A stretch of DNA of 63,632 bases, the filler included, from Choristocarpus tenellus KU-1152 (Eukaryota; Protista; Phaeophyceae), in NCBI GenBank assembly GCA_964200185.2. It is 10 parts of 10 records of this genome, joined end to end, with 100 filler letters (N's around TTAATTAATTAA, not from the genome) between each part and the next. Parts side by side here need not be neighbours in the genome. Positions count along the whole stretch, not along the records: positions 52,088 to 54,721 come from CAXNAD020026092.1; positions 54,822 to 60,879 come from CAXNAD020009048.1; positions 60,980 to 63,632 come from CAXNAD020025936.1; 7 more parts are not named here. The stretch is one strand, 5' to 3'. The position numbers were made by a program, and so were the translations under genes. Below the pieces are notes generated by a model, which made no database searches, had not been told where the DNA came from, and saw nothing but the letters and a program-made list of their open reading frames with translations. Positions 52,142 to 63,632 of this stretch are shown here, one piece after another. Numbering within the stretch: position 1 is the first letter of the stretch; every line of letters begins with the position of its first letter.

Positions 52142-53049
52142 TGGATTAGCATATGATTGATGCGCTGACATATTGTGTTTAATTGGTTACACACACAATA
52201 TAGATCTGTATAATGTAAGGAGAAATCCGAGCTGCTCATTATGTAAGTATGACCCAATACTTGGAAACTTCAACAGATAGCTCTTTCTTGGCAAAAAAAT
52301 GAGTTTCTGCTCAGTCAGGAGTTCGATCTATTCCAAAAACTGAGACCATGTGTTTTGGGTCAACAAGGGCTCTGCGATCCCAGCAAAAGGTGTCAATATC
52401 CTTGTGCTTCTGTTGTCCTACACACGATCATATTTCATAAGAGAAGTATTGGAGACATTGGGAAGGGGTTCAACTCTTGTGAGTACTCAGATTAGTCACA
52501 AAGTGGTCCTGACAGTGACCTAAGACTTACTACGTTGTACTGAATACATGGCGTGGAAATGCTATTCAAGTCATGAAACGTTCACTCATGTTTGTAGCCA
52601 AGGAGAAAGGAGGTTTTGAATAGATGGGGGTAGAAGGTTTGAGGTCATACGAATGATACACACATGTCACACACAGGAGCGAGAAACAGCAGAAACAATT
52701 GTAACATAACTAATGCTTTGAATTGTTGCTTTGAAATAATAGATATGTATCTGATTGATGGCAGTGTTGATCATGAAGATATGTTATTCTGCTAGAGGCT
52801 TCATTGCCCTCCCACAGCTACCGCATGGCAGGTATATGCCTTGGGGTAGGCAACTATGTAATGTGCTTTTGCTTCCACCTGTCCCCTCTCACCGAGAGGA
52901 ATAAACGGCTGCAGGGGCCTTGGAGTGAATGGGGATCCCAGACGGTTGTTTCAAGAGGCTGGTAGAAGCAGTATTGTTAGCAACAGAGGTCTGCAGGAAA
53001 TTGTGGTTGTCCCTTCTCAACCCCATTCAAAAGTTGACAATCAAGCTTT

Positions 53050-53308
53050 GAGTGGAAGTATCTTAGAGGGTACACATTTTGCCCTGTTTGTCCAGTTGGG
53101 GTTTGACTTCCCACGGGTTTATAATGACATTTTACCCACTCCAAAAAAATTTGGAGTAGGTAAAATGTGTACGTTATGGAAAGGTGTGTCTGGAACAAGT
53201 TTATCGACACTTCCTACCAAACACGATAGCCAAAATTTCATTAAAATCACAGCATTGGATTTTGGTCCCGAAACGGACACGACTCTACCCTCTAAGATAC
53301 TTTAACTC
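53050..53308 (+). mobile_element. MITE family A, full copy, TSD TTT
   Basis: GAGTGGAAGTATCTTAGAGGGTA...TACCCTCTAAGATACTTTAACTC. Confidence 0.92.
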
Positions 53309-54177
53309 TTTTGTGCGGCATGCTTTCACAATGCCAACCCATGGGTGGGATGCGTGTCAGTCCATCTCCATGTCAGGAAATCATTAACCTGGAGGTGAAC
53401 TTTGGTGCAGTTTTTCACCGCGGAACAGGATCGCTGTCACTAAGGTCACCTCACGTTTGACAGCACTCCTGACCTCATTTGTGTTAGCATCCTTAAAATG
53501 CAGCTCTTGGTGTCTTTCGTTCACTTTGACTCCGATATGTAACGTATTCTTGCCTGCATACGGTCACACTCGCACTAGTTGTACACGGACTAGGACTTCC
53601 CAGGAGCCAGCCGTGGGCTTCAATAGCTCGAGCTGAGCGTCCGAATATCATCAGCTTCCTGCCAGTGCAGCAGCTCATCTAACCCTAAAGCTAAACCTGC
53701 CTTGCTTTCCCCGCAATCTCATCTAACTAACCCTCCCGCCCCATGATGTAGTAAAACAAGCAGAACTCGGCAAATGGATCAATCCGGCAGTTACAAACAC
53801 AGTTACAAACACCGGTGCTTCCTCCGTTTATAGGGTCGCTATAATCCCAACGCACATTCATCTTTTTAGCGCCACAGACATCTCCCACACAAAGGGTTAG
53901 AGTTAGGGTTAGAGTTAGGGTTAGAAAAAAACACCTCTGCGCCCATTCCATGTGCCGCCCATGCGAAAAAGAAAAAGGAAAAAATATCTATTCTCAGCTG
54001 TGCGGGGGGTGGGTGGGTGGGACATGATCAATGCACGGGGCGAATGTTCCTAGAGTCAAGAATGGGGAGAGCAAACCCACAGGGAACAAGAAACGAAAAT
54101 TGGTCTGGTCCACAAGAAAATGCGCTCAAGGCAGGTGCCGTAGCCCAGATGCAGGTTCTGTCCCGTGTCAGCCTCAC

Positions 54178-54438
54178 CTGCCAAGCAGCACCCCCATTCA
54201 CAAGGAGGGCCAGGTCATCGGGAACATAATCCAGCCCGGCCGTGAAGGCCTCCGCTGCTTCTTCTGCAAGGTGCCTGTTCTCTCGCAAGGCCAGACCAAG
54301 TCGGTTACACAGCGCTGCTATGTCAATCACGTCGCCCGCCACTTCCCCCCCCTTAAGCACCCACCTACCTCCCTCTTTAACTGCTGTGGCGAGGGTGAGA
54401 GTGGTCTCCAAGGCATCTCGAAAATAGTTGACAGCTTC
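54178..54438 (-). CDS. TPR-repeat-containing exon (partial gene)
   Basis: CAG|GAA acceptor, CAG|GTGAGG donor, 87 codons. ALCNRLGLALRE...EEAAEAFTAGLDYVPDDLALLVNGG fits the TPR consensus. Confidence 0.7.
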
Positions 54439-54721
54439 CTGCACGGTCAAAGAACGCCACCATATCAATTAACGTTCATGGCGTATTAATTGTTGTCGGA
54501 GTGCCTTTTTGAATGATGCCTAAGAATGGAGGCCATTAAGTCCGGCGCAGGAGGGCATTCTTTCCAAACCGAACCCTGCCCACACTGCAGGCGATGGATT
54601 TTTTGATATGGAGGTGACGCATGTCTTGATCCCTTTTGTTGCTTGAAAGTCGAGGCAACTTACGGGGTGGGGGCATTTTAAGACTTGGGAGGGGGGTGGG
54701 GGGGGGCTGCAATAAACTCCC

Positions 54722-54821
54722 NNNNNNNNNNNNNNNNNNNNNNNNNNNNNNNNNNNNNNNNNNNNTTAATTAATTAANNNNNNNNNNNNNNNNNNNNNNN
54801 NNNNNNNNNNNNNNNNNNNNN
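54722..54821. other. Artificial contig linker
   Basis: Same 100-bp block. Confidence 0.98.
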
Positions 54822-55795
54822 TACCCTTCACCAATGAGCCACCCCTTCCTCCCCCCACCTATTCTGTCCTCCTTAGCCCTGTGTGTACAGGAGATGAGCC
54901 AGAGGTGTGCAATGCTGTGTGTTTGGGATAGTGATTATTATTATTATTTATTGTTGTCATTGTTATTTATAATTTTTAGAATTATTGTTATTGTTGTCAT
55001 TGTTTATTGTTTTTATTATTATAATTGTTACTGTTGTTACTATTCTAATTATTTATATTATTAATTATTCTTATTTTTGTTGTTTTTAAGAATATTGTTA
55101 ATAATAATGTTGTCATTATTATGATTTTATTATATTTTCCACTTTTTTGTGATAGGGGTGATCGAGGTCCTGAATGATACTGATGCTGTTTGCAATATAG
55201 GAGTTTGGTGTTTGGGATGATGCAATCTCTTGAAACACCTTGCAGGCTCTTGAGCAGACATCATCGGTCCTGATTTGCACACATGGACATGTAGAATTTT
55301 TTTATGAGTTATATATACAGGTATTTCTATTTTTCTTGAAGTGTGTATTTAAGAAAAAATGAACTTGTGTGTGCAGTAAAGTATTATGACCTTTTTTGTA
55401 CATGACAGTTACGATTCGATTTAATTGAAACCAAAATTTGTAAGGGTTGATTTTTGATTGGTTAGTTTTCTTGTGAACCGCCCGTGGAGCTTGGTGATTG
55501 GTCCACCTCCGTTTGTGTGTTCTGTGTAGGTTTCGATTGTGATTCGATTGTGTGAAAATACTTCTAGCTAATTTAAGTTTACTTGTGCTGATCTAGTAAA
55601 GATGCCAGCTTGGTTATGCGACCTAGAAGGTGCTATCATTCCCCATCTTGAGCATCTTCTGTAAGTTGGCTTTAGTAAAAAAAGTACTAGTAAATGGAGC
55701 AGGTTGATGAATAGGTTCGCTTGTATCACTTCCTAATCCTGCCATGATTAACTTTTGATTGTCAACACTAGTCAACAGCGTATACGTACATGATT

Positions 55796-56128
55796 GAGTG
55801 GTATGATGTATACTGTTTTATGGTATATATAGAGTGGTATGATGTATACCGTTTTATGGTATATAGAGTGGTATGATGTATGCCATTGTATGATATATAG
55901 AGTGATATGATGTAATATATATATTCATATACATATGTATCTCATTGTATGGTATGTAGAGTGGTATGTTGTATACCGTTTATGGTATATAGTGTGGTAT
56001 GATGTATCCCATTGTATGGTATGTAGAGTGGTATGATGTATACCATTATAAGGTATATAGAGTGGTATGATGTACCCCATTGTATTGTACATAGAGTGAT
56101 GATGTATACCGTGATCTGATGTATAGAG
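55796..56128 (+). repeat. Minisatellite, ~31-33-bp unit (AGAGTGGTATGATGTATACCATTGTATGGTATAT), ~10 copies
   Basis: Head-to-tail units without unique spacers. Confidence 0.9.
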
Positions 56129-56600
56129 CTGGGGTTGTTGTGATATTGAATTGGCTTTTCTTTGTTTCTTCCACCGACACATCTGCAAAATAACAAAAGT
56201 AATATGTACAGAAAAATATTTATATACCAAAATGTCAGGTGACATGATAAAAAATATATATAGTGGTACGATGTATATAGTGTCATACAGGCTCGGCAGC
56301 CCCTCAATATGTACTGGATTGTAAAAACATGTACTTGATAATTTCCAACTTTATGTTTTGTAAATATCAATGATGGTCTACTGAATATAAATAAATACTT
56401 GAATGTTCCTAATAGGATGGTACTAATACAGTAGATGAAATATGTAACCTCTGTTTGGGATGAGTTCAATCGGGTACTTCCCTAACCCTAACCCTAAGTT
56501 TGTACTAACTCATGCCGAATATACTTTTATTATTATTTATTTTATTGGTGTGGTTATCGGAAGGCACTGGGAAGGGGTTTCAAGTTTACACCTGAGGTCT

Positions 56601-56766
56601 GACATGATAGGACATGACATGAGTATTATATACATAGTAGGACATGACATGAGTATTTATGTACATAATAGGACATGACATGAGTATTTTTGTACATAAT
56701 AGGAAATGACATGACATGAGTATTATATACATAATAGGAAATGACATGACATGAGTATTTTTGTAC
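56601..56766 (+). repeat. Minisatellite, 31-36-bp unit (GGACATGACATGAGTATTTTTGTACATAATA), ~5 copies
   Basis: Tandem units visible. Confidence 0.9.
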
Positions 56767-56856
56767 GTAAGACCGAAAACACGCCTTTTTGGTCATGACA
56801 TGATCTCGATTGAGTTGTGGATGGTGCACTCACATCTTTTATTTTTATTTTTTCAG

Positions 56857-59404
56857 TCCATGGTGGAGGGTTTGCACAAGGCCGCGGAGATATCGGCTGT
56901 AAGGCAGCATGCTGGGGTGTACGGGATGGGTGCTGGGGCTGGGGAGGAGGCTGGGGGAAGCGCTGGCAAGCTGAGGTGTGTGTGTGTGTGTTTTTTTTTT
57001 CTTGGATAGTATGGTATTTCTATTATTTTTTATTTTATTATTATTATTTTTTTTGTTGTTTGTGTGTATGTGTTGTGTACTCTGGTGTTGACAATTTGAG
57101 ATTTAATTGTTTCGTTTTATTTTGTTACTATTTATTTACTTTATTTTATTATTTTATCGAGGTATTGTGAACCAGGGTTTTGGACGCACGGAACCTTTTG
57201 TTGTGAGGGAGTACTGTGTGTGAACTGCCTGACAAAAAAACCTACCTTATTCCTGCCAACGACAGAGGTTGGTGAATTGGTATGTATGTATGTATGTATA
57301 TATGTATATGTATATCTAAACGACATACATATATATAGTATTGATTGGTTTCCCCTCTGACACATCTGCAAAATGTCAGAGGGCATAATAATACAATATA
57401 TTTATATCGGTATGTATAGATGTATATATGTATCCATATCGGTATGATGTCATTCTTTATACCGTTTTTTAACGGTCCTGTGGACTGTATGTTGTGAGCA
57501 AGATGTACCTCTCTGTTGACCCTATTTTTTATTTTTATTTGTAGAGGTAGACATGGCACGAGTGTAACACATAAAACATACATTTTATTTTTATATATAT
57601 ATTTGTGAATGCTCTACTGTGTATCTGTACACATACAAGTTAATTTGTTTAATTGAATTGATTATTTATTTAATTAATTAATTAATTAATTATTTTGTTT
57701 AATTGATTGTTTATTTCATTATTTGTTTAAATTGATTATTTATGATTTAATCAATGAATGAGTGAATTAACCGATTAATTTTTGGAATGTGTAGTACCAC
57801 CATTCTGTTTTGTATTTAAGAAATAACTTGTGTAGTGGTAGCTGCTGTAGTTGACGGGCATGGACATGGTCGAAGTGTCTTCCCTGTTTGTTTGGTATCA
57901 TCTTTACCTTTCTTTTTATTAGTTTGTGTGGATGAATATAAAAAAAATACTGCACCGGGAAGGCGTTTGTTGTGGATTTTTCTTTGTAATGGGAGGGGTG
58001 CAGAATATGTGGATTTTGGGGTTAACTGAGAGTGGGTTTTGTGAGACCCCTAGTGAAAATCTGATGATGTGTTGTGTGTATGTATTAGTAGCCTCACCTG
58101 TATTGTAGACTGTTAGGGGAAGTGTACAATTGTGTGTATATTTGTATTGTAATAGTGTGTAGGGTTAGGGTCACGTATGTACTGTACCTGGTGAGTGCTT
58201 GAGTTGATGGAATAGGTGAAGGCACTTGTGGAGAAAAAATGTGTTCTACAGATTATGTTGTTGAGGCTTGAAATAGTTGTCCTAGAATCTGAAAGTATAT
58301 TTTTTGTAAATGAATTTATGTATGTATTTATGTATTTATGTATGTACTATTACATATTATGTATCATGAATTAATGTATGTTTTGTACAGTCAGACACTA
58401 ACAGCCTCTCGCTCCCTTACCACCAATTCGATTAACCTCCCCCCCCTCCCCCCTCCCCCTTCTGGTGCCACTCCTGCCACTGCCGCTGCTGGGACTTGGT
58501 ACCTGTGATGTATGGTCCCTCCCAGCCCTCGTGTATATGCTGTCTTGGAGGCGTTCTTTGTGGTTCTTGGTCGTGTCCTGGCAGTGGATGAAATTAGACC
58601 TCTATTATCTCGCCATAATGACTCTACCTTCTACCCTTTGACTCTCATGATGCAGGTTGGTGGTAGATTGCTCAGGAGTAACCCACCCCACCCCCACTCC
58701 CACCACCACTCCCACCCCCACCCACCCCCTGCCTCTGCTTTTTGAGGTGTTGTGAAGAGGTGATGTAGGTACACTTTGTGGCTTGTGGGTGGTATGATGT
58801 GTTGTGCGTAAGCATCCTTGCATTTTTTTTTGTGTATATTTGTTGTTTCCTTCTTTTTGTTTGTTATTATGGATATTTTTATAATGATTGATGTTTTTTT
58901 ATTTTGGAGAGGAATGTTTTTGATTATTATCACGTTTTTTTGATCTGTAATTTTTTTTCTTTTGAACCCTCTAATAATATATATATATATATTTATGTAT
59001 ATACACATATCTTCTCGTGTAGTGCTGTAGTGCTTTTGAGTAGAGGAAGCAGTTGCCTGATAAAGAACGGCTATAATTCGTAGTGTGTCTGTTTATTTTT
59101 TTGTATTTAATTTTTGTTTGTGATTATTTTGTTGTATGAATATGGTCGCTTAAAAAATCTTGAGTCGTTGTGTTTCTGATTATTTTATTGTATGGATATG
59201 TTCACTTTAAAAAAAACCCTGGATATGTTTGATATGTTTGGTATGTTTGATATGTTTGATATGTTTGGTATGTTTGGTATGTTTCAGATGGTGCAGTGTC
59301 AGGTGGCCCCTTCTCTCAAGGGCACACTGTTCAAGGCCATGGCAGGGTGTTCAAGGGATCCAGAGATGGCGGGGATGATTTGGACATTCCTTGAAGGGTC
59401 TCAG
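56857..59404 (+). CDS. NUP205: Nuclear pore complex protein Nup205/Nup192 (internal exons)
   Basis: Phase-consistent exons 56857..56975, 58526..58655, 59288..59404. VLEAFFVVLGRV...YPLTLMMQMVQCQVAPSLKGTLFKAMAGCSRDPEMAGMIWTFLEGSQ matches the conserved Nup205 pattern L.C.+P..LK..L...+A...P..A..+W..LE..Q. Confidence 0.8.
59222..59284 (+). repeat. 9-bp tandem repeat G(A/G)TATGTTT x7
   Basis: Runs directly into the CAG acceptor ending at 59287. Confidence 0.9.
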
Positions 59405-59419
59405 GTAACTGCCAAGAGA

Positions 59420-59632
59420 GTGTTTTGAATGTAGTGTTTTGAATATATATATATAGTATTTTGAATGGAATGTTTTGAATGTAGTATTTTGAATGTAGTG
59501 TTTTGAATATAGTATTTTGAATGGAATGTTTTGAATGTAGTATTTTGAATGTAGTGTTTTGAATATAGTATTTTGAATGGAATGTTTTGAATGTAGTATT
59601 TTGAATGTAGTGTTTTGAATGCAGTATTTTTA
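59420..59632 (+). repeat. 14-bp tandem repeat TTTTGAATGTAGT(A/G) with higher-order 56-bp periodicity
   Basis: Tandem units visible. Confidence 0.88.
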
Positions 59633-60879
59633 CTATTGGAACACTTCTTATTTTGATCTCTCAGGTAGTGCAGGAGGGAGCGAGATGCAATCCTGGCAGT
59701 ACAGTTTGTTCAAAATATTATTATTTTTATTGTTGTATTATTTTATTTTCATCATTGGAGTATTTTTTTTTGTATCGGTTGATGTGTGTGGACATGTCTG
59801 AATGAGTTCAAGTTTAAGTTTTGAAATGTGTTCTGAAGAAATATATTCTTCGGAACCTTTCCTGTCGCTGTATTGTTCTTGCAATGTGTTGAAGTTGTAA
59901 TATGATTCCGAAATGTGCACTGAAGTCTTTGTTGTCATTTTATTAATTGTTTTACTATTATTTTAAGGATTGCTTTTATGTTATTATTTTATTATTTGTT
60001 TCACTATTATTGTGTGAATGATCTCGTGTAGGTGTTGAGATTGGCGTTTGTGTGGAAGTTCACTTACCCGATGTACTGAACTTTTTATTAAACTTAAATT
60101 TGAATTTGAATTAACGGCTCTTACGTAATTTGTTGTTTGTTTTCACTGTGGTGGTGTTGATGAGTCCAATCAGAGCCCCCCCTAACGACCCTAACCCTAT
60201 CATTCTCAAAGCACTAACAGTGGTGAAATATTTTCAATAGTAGTATTTTAATATACCATCTACATTACTACTAGTATAGTGTGTGGTGCCTCTTACCACT
60301 GGTTGGGATCATCTCCGACAATTGTGAAGTCAACAGGAACATAATGCACATACATATACACACATAATGTAGGATAAATGTATATTCTATCATTAATAAT
60401 AAATATGCATTGATAATGAATGCACTTTGGTGTTCTTTTTTGTTCCACCACTGTGGGTGACTGTCAAGTGTCTTTTATTTTAAATTTCCAGATCATCCAT
60501 CTGATATGAATAAATATATATATATATATATATATGATGTATGTATGTTTAAATTTCCAGATCACGCATATGTTAGTGGGGTCCCTTCTGCACCTTTGCA
60601 CTATTTTATTGTTTTTTTGAATTGACAGGCGTTGACCTCTCGGTGACGAGTATGTCATTGTCTTTTCTGTGATCTCTTCACCACCTCCCTTATTTTTTAC
60701 AATGTTAAAATAAGATCTGTCCATGTCCATCATGGCCTATTTGTTTTTGTTCATACCTCTCTCTCGCTCCTTTTTATTTTTTAGATGACACTTTTATCTT
60801 TTGGAACGGGCTGTATATCTTACAGATGATTGTCACAGGTGCTGGGAGTGGTTCTCAACAACTGGGGGTGGGGGGAGGA

Positions 60880-60979
60880 NNNNNNNNNNNNNNNNNNNNN
60901 NNNNNNNNNNNNNNNNNNNNNNNTTAATTAATTAANNNNNNNNNNNNNNNNNNNNNNNNNNNNNNNNNNNNNNNNNNNN
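60880..60979. other. Artificial contig linker
   Basis: Same 100-bp block. Confidence 0.98.
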
Positions 60980-61174
60980 TTTGATGTAATTTTGGCTATT
61001 GTGTCTGTTAGGAAGTGTCAATATCCTTCTTCTGGACACACCTTCTCATAACGTATACATTTTACCTACTCCGAAACATTTTGGAATAGGAAAATGTAAT
61101 AAAAAACTCATGAGAATCCAAGCCCCAAATGGACAAACAGGGAAAAACTCATACCCTCTAAGATACTTTCACTC
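60980..61174 (-). mobile_element. MITE family A inserted in the Gypsy element, truncated by contig edge
   Basis: Ends TACCCTCTAAGATACTTTCACTC, directly abutting retroelement pol sequence. Confidence 0.9.
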
Positions 61175-63632
61175 TAGAGCACTAACAGTAATTGGTACCT
61201 GATCTGAAATAGGGGTTAAGTGACCTATCACAAGATGCTTCCTGATACGTACTTTCCGTGTTGTTGGATTTGCCATTTGGACCAATACTGATTTATTATT
61301 GGCTGACCAAATACTGAGAGTGCGAGTAGCCACGATACGATTCAGTGGATGTGTAGGTTCAGAGGTTTGATCTACAGCAGGCATTGAGTGTATGACTGGC
61401 TCCACTACTACGGCAGTATCCAATGACGAACTAGTATCAGTGTTGCAACGTACGATGATTTCATGACCAGCTGGTATGTTATACTGTTTATGTACACGAA
61501 CAGGTGCAGGGTTAAAACCATGTTGCACACTCACCACAGAACACGAAGGAGTTGTACTTGTATGACGTACTTGAGTGGGGGCTCCTTGTCATGTGATGTC
61601 TTGCTGAAATGGTACACGAACTGTTGTGAAATGAAAGACGTTGTTCTTGCCAATCAAGGATTGCACCGAATGCCTGCATAATACTATTATCAAGCAGAAT
61701 TTTATCGGGATCAAGTTGGGGAATCACTAAAGCTTCAACTGGCAATGTGGTGTCACCAAGTGTAAGTGCAAAACGGATAAATCCACGAATCTGCAAAGGC
61801 GAACCATTTGCTGCACGTAGATTTATTGCACCAGGTGGGACAGGATGCACATCAAAACGTTTAAGTTGAGGGTGATTGCAAACAAATATTTCAGAAATAC
61901 ATGGTACATCACTGGCTGTGTCAATTGTCAAGTCATTTTCCTCTTGTTCTTCAACGGTGCCAGATACACTAACTCTTTGTGATGAAAACGACAAAGGTTT
62001 GGGCATGGATGGGTATCTGCATAAAGAACTGTTGAACCAAGTTTCATTATTATCACACGAGTTTGGTTGAACTAATGGCAAAGAAAAATGCTTAGTGACA
62101 CGCGTGCAGGCAATGAACGATGCCTGTGGGGCAAGAGGTACGACTGGTGTCAACCTCTGACGCTTGCCACTCCCTACGATGGTGTCAACAACGACACCAT
62201 GGCTGTTCCCAAGTGGACAGGAGTCAAATCCACCTGGGCACCCCTAGGGATGCGGACCATAATGGCCAGGTGTTGACTCACTGTCCTCACGAACACGAAC
62301 ACGACTGCCACGACCCCTGCCTCTACGACGCAAGTATGGCAAACGAGCACCACGCGGATTGTCCAGGCACGACTGGGTTGTGTGACCCTCACGAGTCGCT
62401 GCCTGACAACCCGGGTACTTGCACACACTATTTTGCTGATCCATAGTGTACGTCGAGCTGGACGGTGAGGCTGAGTAAGGCGACGTGTCTTGGGGTCGTG
62501 TTGACCTGTCAAAGTGCACGGCTGAGGGAGGTGGACCCGCCGACGACCGAGCTGGGGCCCTGTTGAGGGTTGCTTCCCCTGCTCGGTGACGTTCCACCTT
62601 CATACGTAGCCGTTGGCCTTCACGTTGTGACTGCTCAAGTTCGCTACGAGGAACCTGTCCGCGACGAGAATTGTGAGTCACAGCACTCGTGTAAGTCATG
62701 GGGTTGGGGTTATGGCCAGACAAATGATTAGCTTCATGCCGTTTGGCACGGTCACGAGCTTATGCAAACGAGGTGGCAGGTTTTTCTCGAATCTATTCAA
62801 GACGAATCGCAGGGAGTAAGCCATCTTCCATGAGCGTAATCTTCAGTTGCTCGACAAGCAAAGCTTTCGTGTCAACTGCATCTGAGGACGACGTGCGATG
62901 AATATCATCCAGAAAACGATTCATTGCAGTGGTGCAACGTAAAGTATACTGATCAACAGATTCATTCTCCCCCTGTTTCAGAGATGTTAGTCGACGTGCC
63001 GATACACTTACGGCATGGGCAGGAGTAAACGCAGTGATAAGGGCTTTCTGGACATCATCCCATGACTTTGTTGTTGGTGTAATGGGGATGGGAATGTCAA
63101 GAGACGACTGCAACCGAGCCACATCACTAGTTGAACGCCACTTCACTGTGCCTGCCAACGCCTGAAAGTAAAAGGTTTCAGCTGGTCATTGAAGAATTTT
63201 CGGTAAAAATTCTACACATCGAGCATTGATTGTCTCAGGGGATGCGGTACTATACTGCCTAGAGTACAAGGAAATCGCCACATGCCATTTGGAAAACAAG
63301 AGTGGTAAATTTTCCTCTCCCGAACCTGTAATGACAAGACCAGATGGTATTTCCGAAGCGGAAAACCCGAAATGACTCGCTTCTGGTATTGATGATAGGC
63401 GTGCGCCGCTGCTACTTTGTTCAACAGCTCTTATGTGGTCGGAGTCCATTCCCCGAGCATGAAGTTTCATCAGGTCCTGAAGCCATCCAGGAGGCACAGT
63501 GCTTGTCCTGACGCACTCGTTAACGTGGTGCGTGATGTACGATGGCACAGAGTCCCCGAACTGTGCCTGTGATGTAGCCACCTCACAAGTAGTTGAACTT
63601 GGGGGTGGGACTGGTTCTCCCTGGAAAAGGAC
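61175..63632 (-). mobile_element. Ty3/Gypsy LTR retrotransposon gag-protease region, degenerate
   Basis: Retrotransposon gag WDDVQKALITAF...LKQGENESVDQY; Cys/His knuckle CKYPGC...GHTTQSC; aspartic protease LTIDTASDVPCISE...ILLDNSIMQAFGAILDW. In-frame stops and frameshifts present. Confidence 0.85.

Noticed and set aside
52925-53305. ORFs overlapping family-A copies (also 39410..39625, 46257..46622 tail, 60999..61202) as a transposase
   Set aside because: Chance read-through of a ~258-bp non-coding MITE; frames are not conserved between copies.
53894-53924. TTAGGG-like tracts (also ~47559-47577 and ~56481-56496) as telomeres
   Set aside because: Only 3-5 imperfect units, internal to the contigs; interstitial motifs at most.
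55796-56766. ~31-36-bp repeat arrays as CRISPR
   Set aside because: Units are head-to-tail with no unique spacers, there are no cas genes, and the context is eukaryotic intron.
44262-60879. RGS, UBR4, TPR and NUP205 as a functional gene cluster
   Set aside because: Each lies on a separate contig joined by artificial linkers.

Overview
Eukaryotic, intron-rich DNA. A stramenopile, brown-alga-like origin is an inference from gene structure, retroelement type and TTAGGG-like motifs. The window is not contiguous: ten contigs (1-16657, 16758-20688, 20789-24952, 25053-30164, 30265-44161, 44262-47439, 47540-51987, 52088-54721, 54822-60879, 60980-63632) are joined by an identical artificial 100-bp linker (N44-TTAATTAATTAA-N44), so adjacency across linkers is meaningless. 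Genes reconstructed by hand: a PPR/mS27-like mitochondrial protein, a divergent SpoU/TrmH-family methyltransferase with a GC-AG intron, a partial HINT protein, a very large low-complexity gene, a zinc-finger/RGS protein, the C-terminal part of UBR4/BIG, a TPR exon and part of NUP205. The rest is TE debris (Ty3/Gypsy relics, an RLE-type non-LTR fragment, a DDE-transposase-like relic), minisatellites and two related MITE families. The two MITE families share an AAAGTATCT TIR core and show mixed 3- and 4-bp TSDs. Most interesting: one MITE copy duplicated an AG|GT site at an exon end of the RGS gene. This forms a perfect GTGAGT...CTCAG intron-shaped unit that has lost the competing AG seen in sister copies, making it a candidate introner-type (intron-generating) element.
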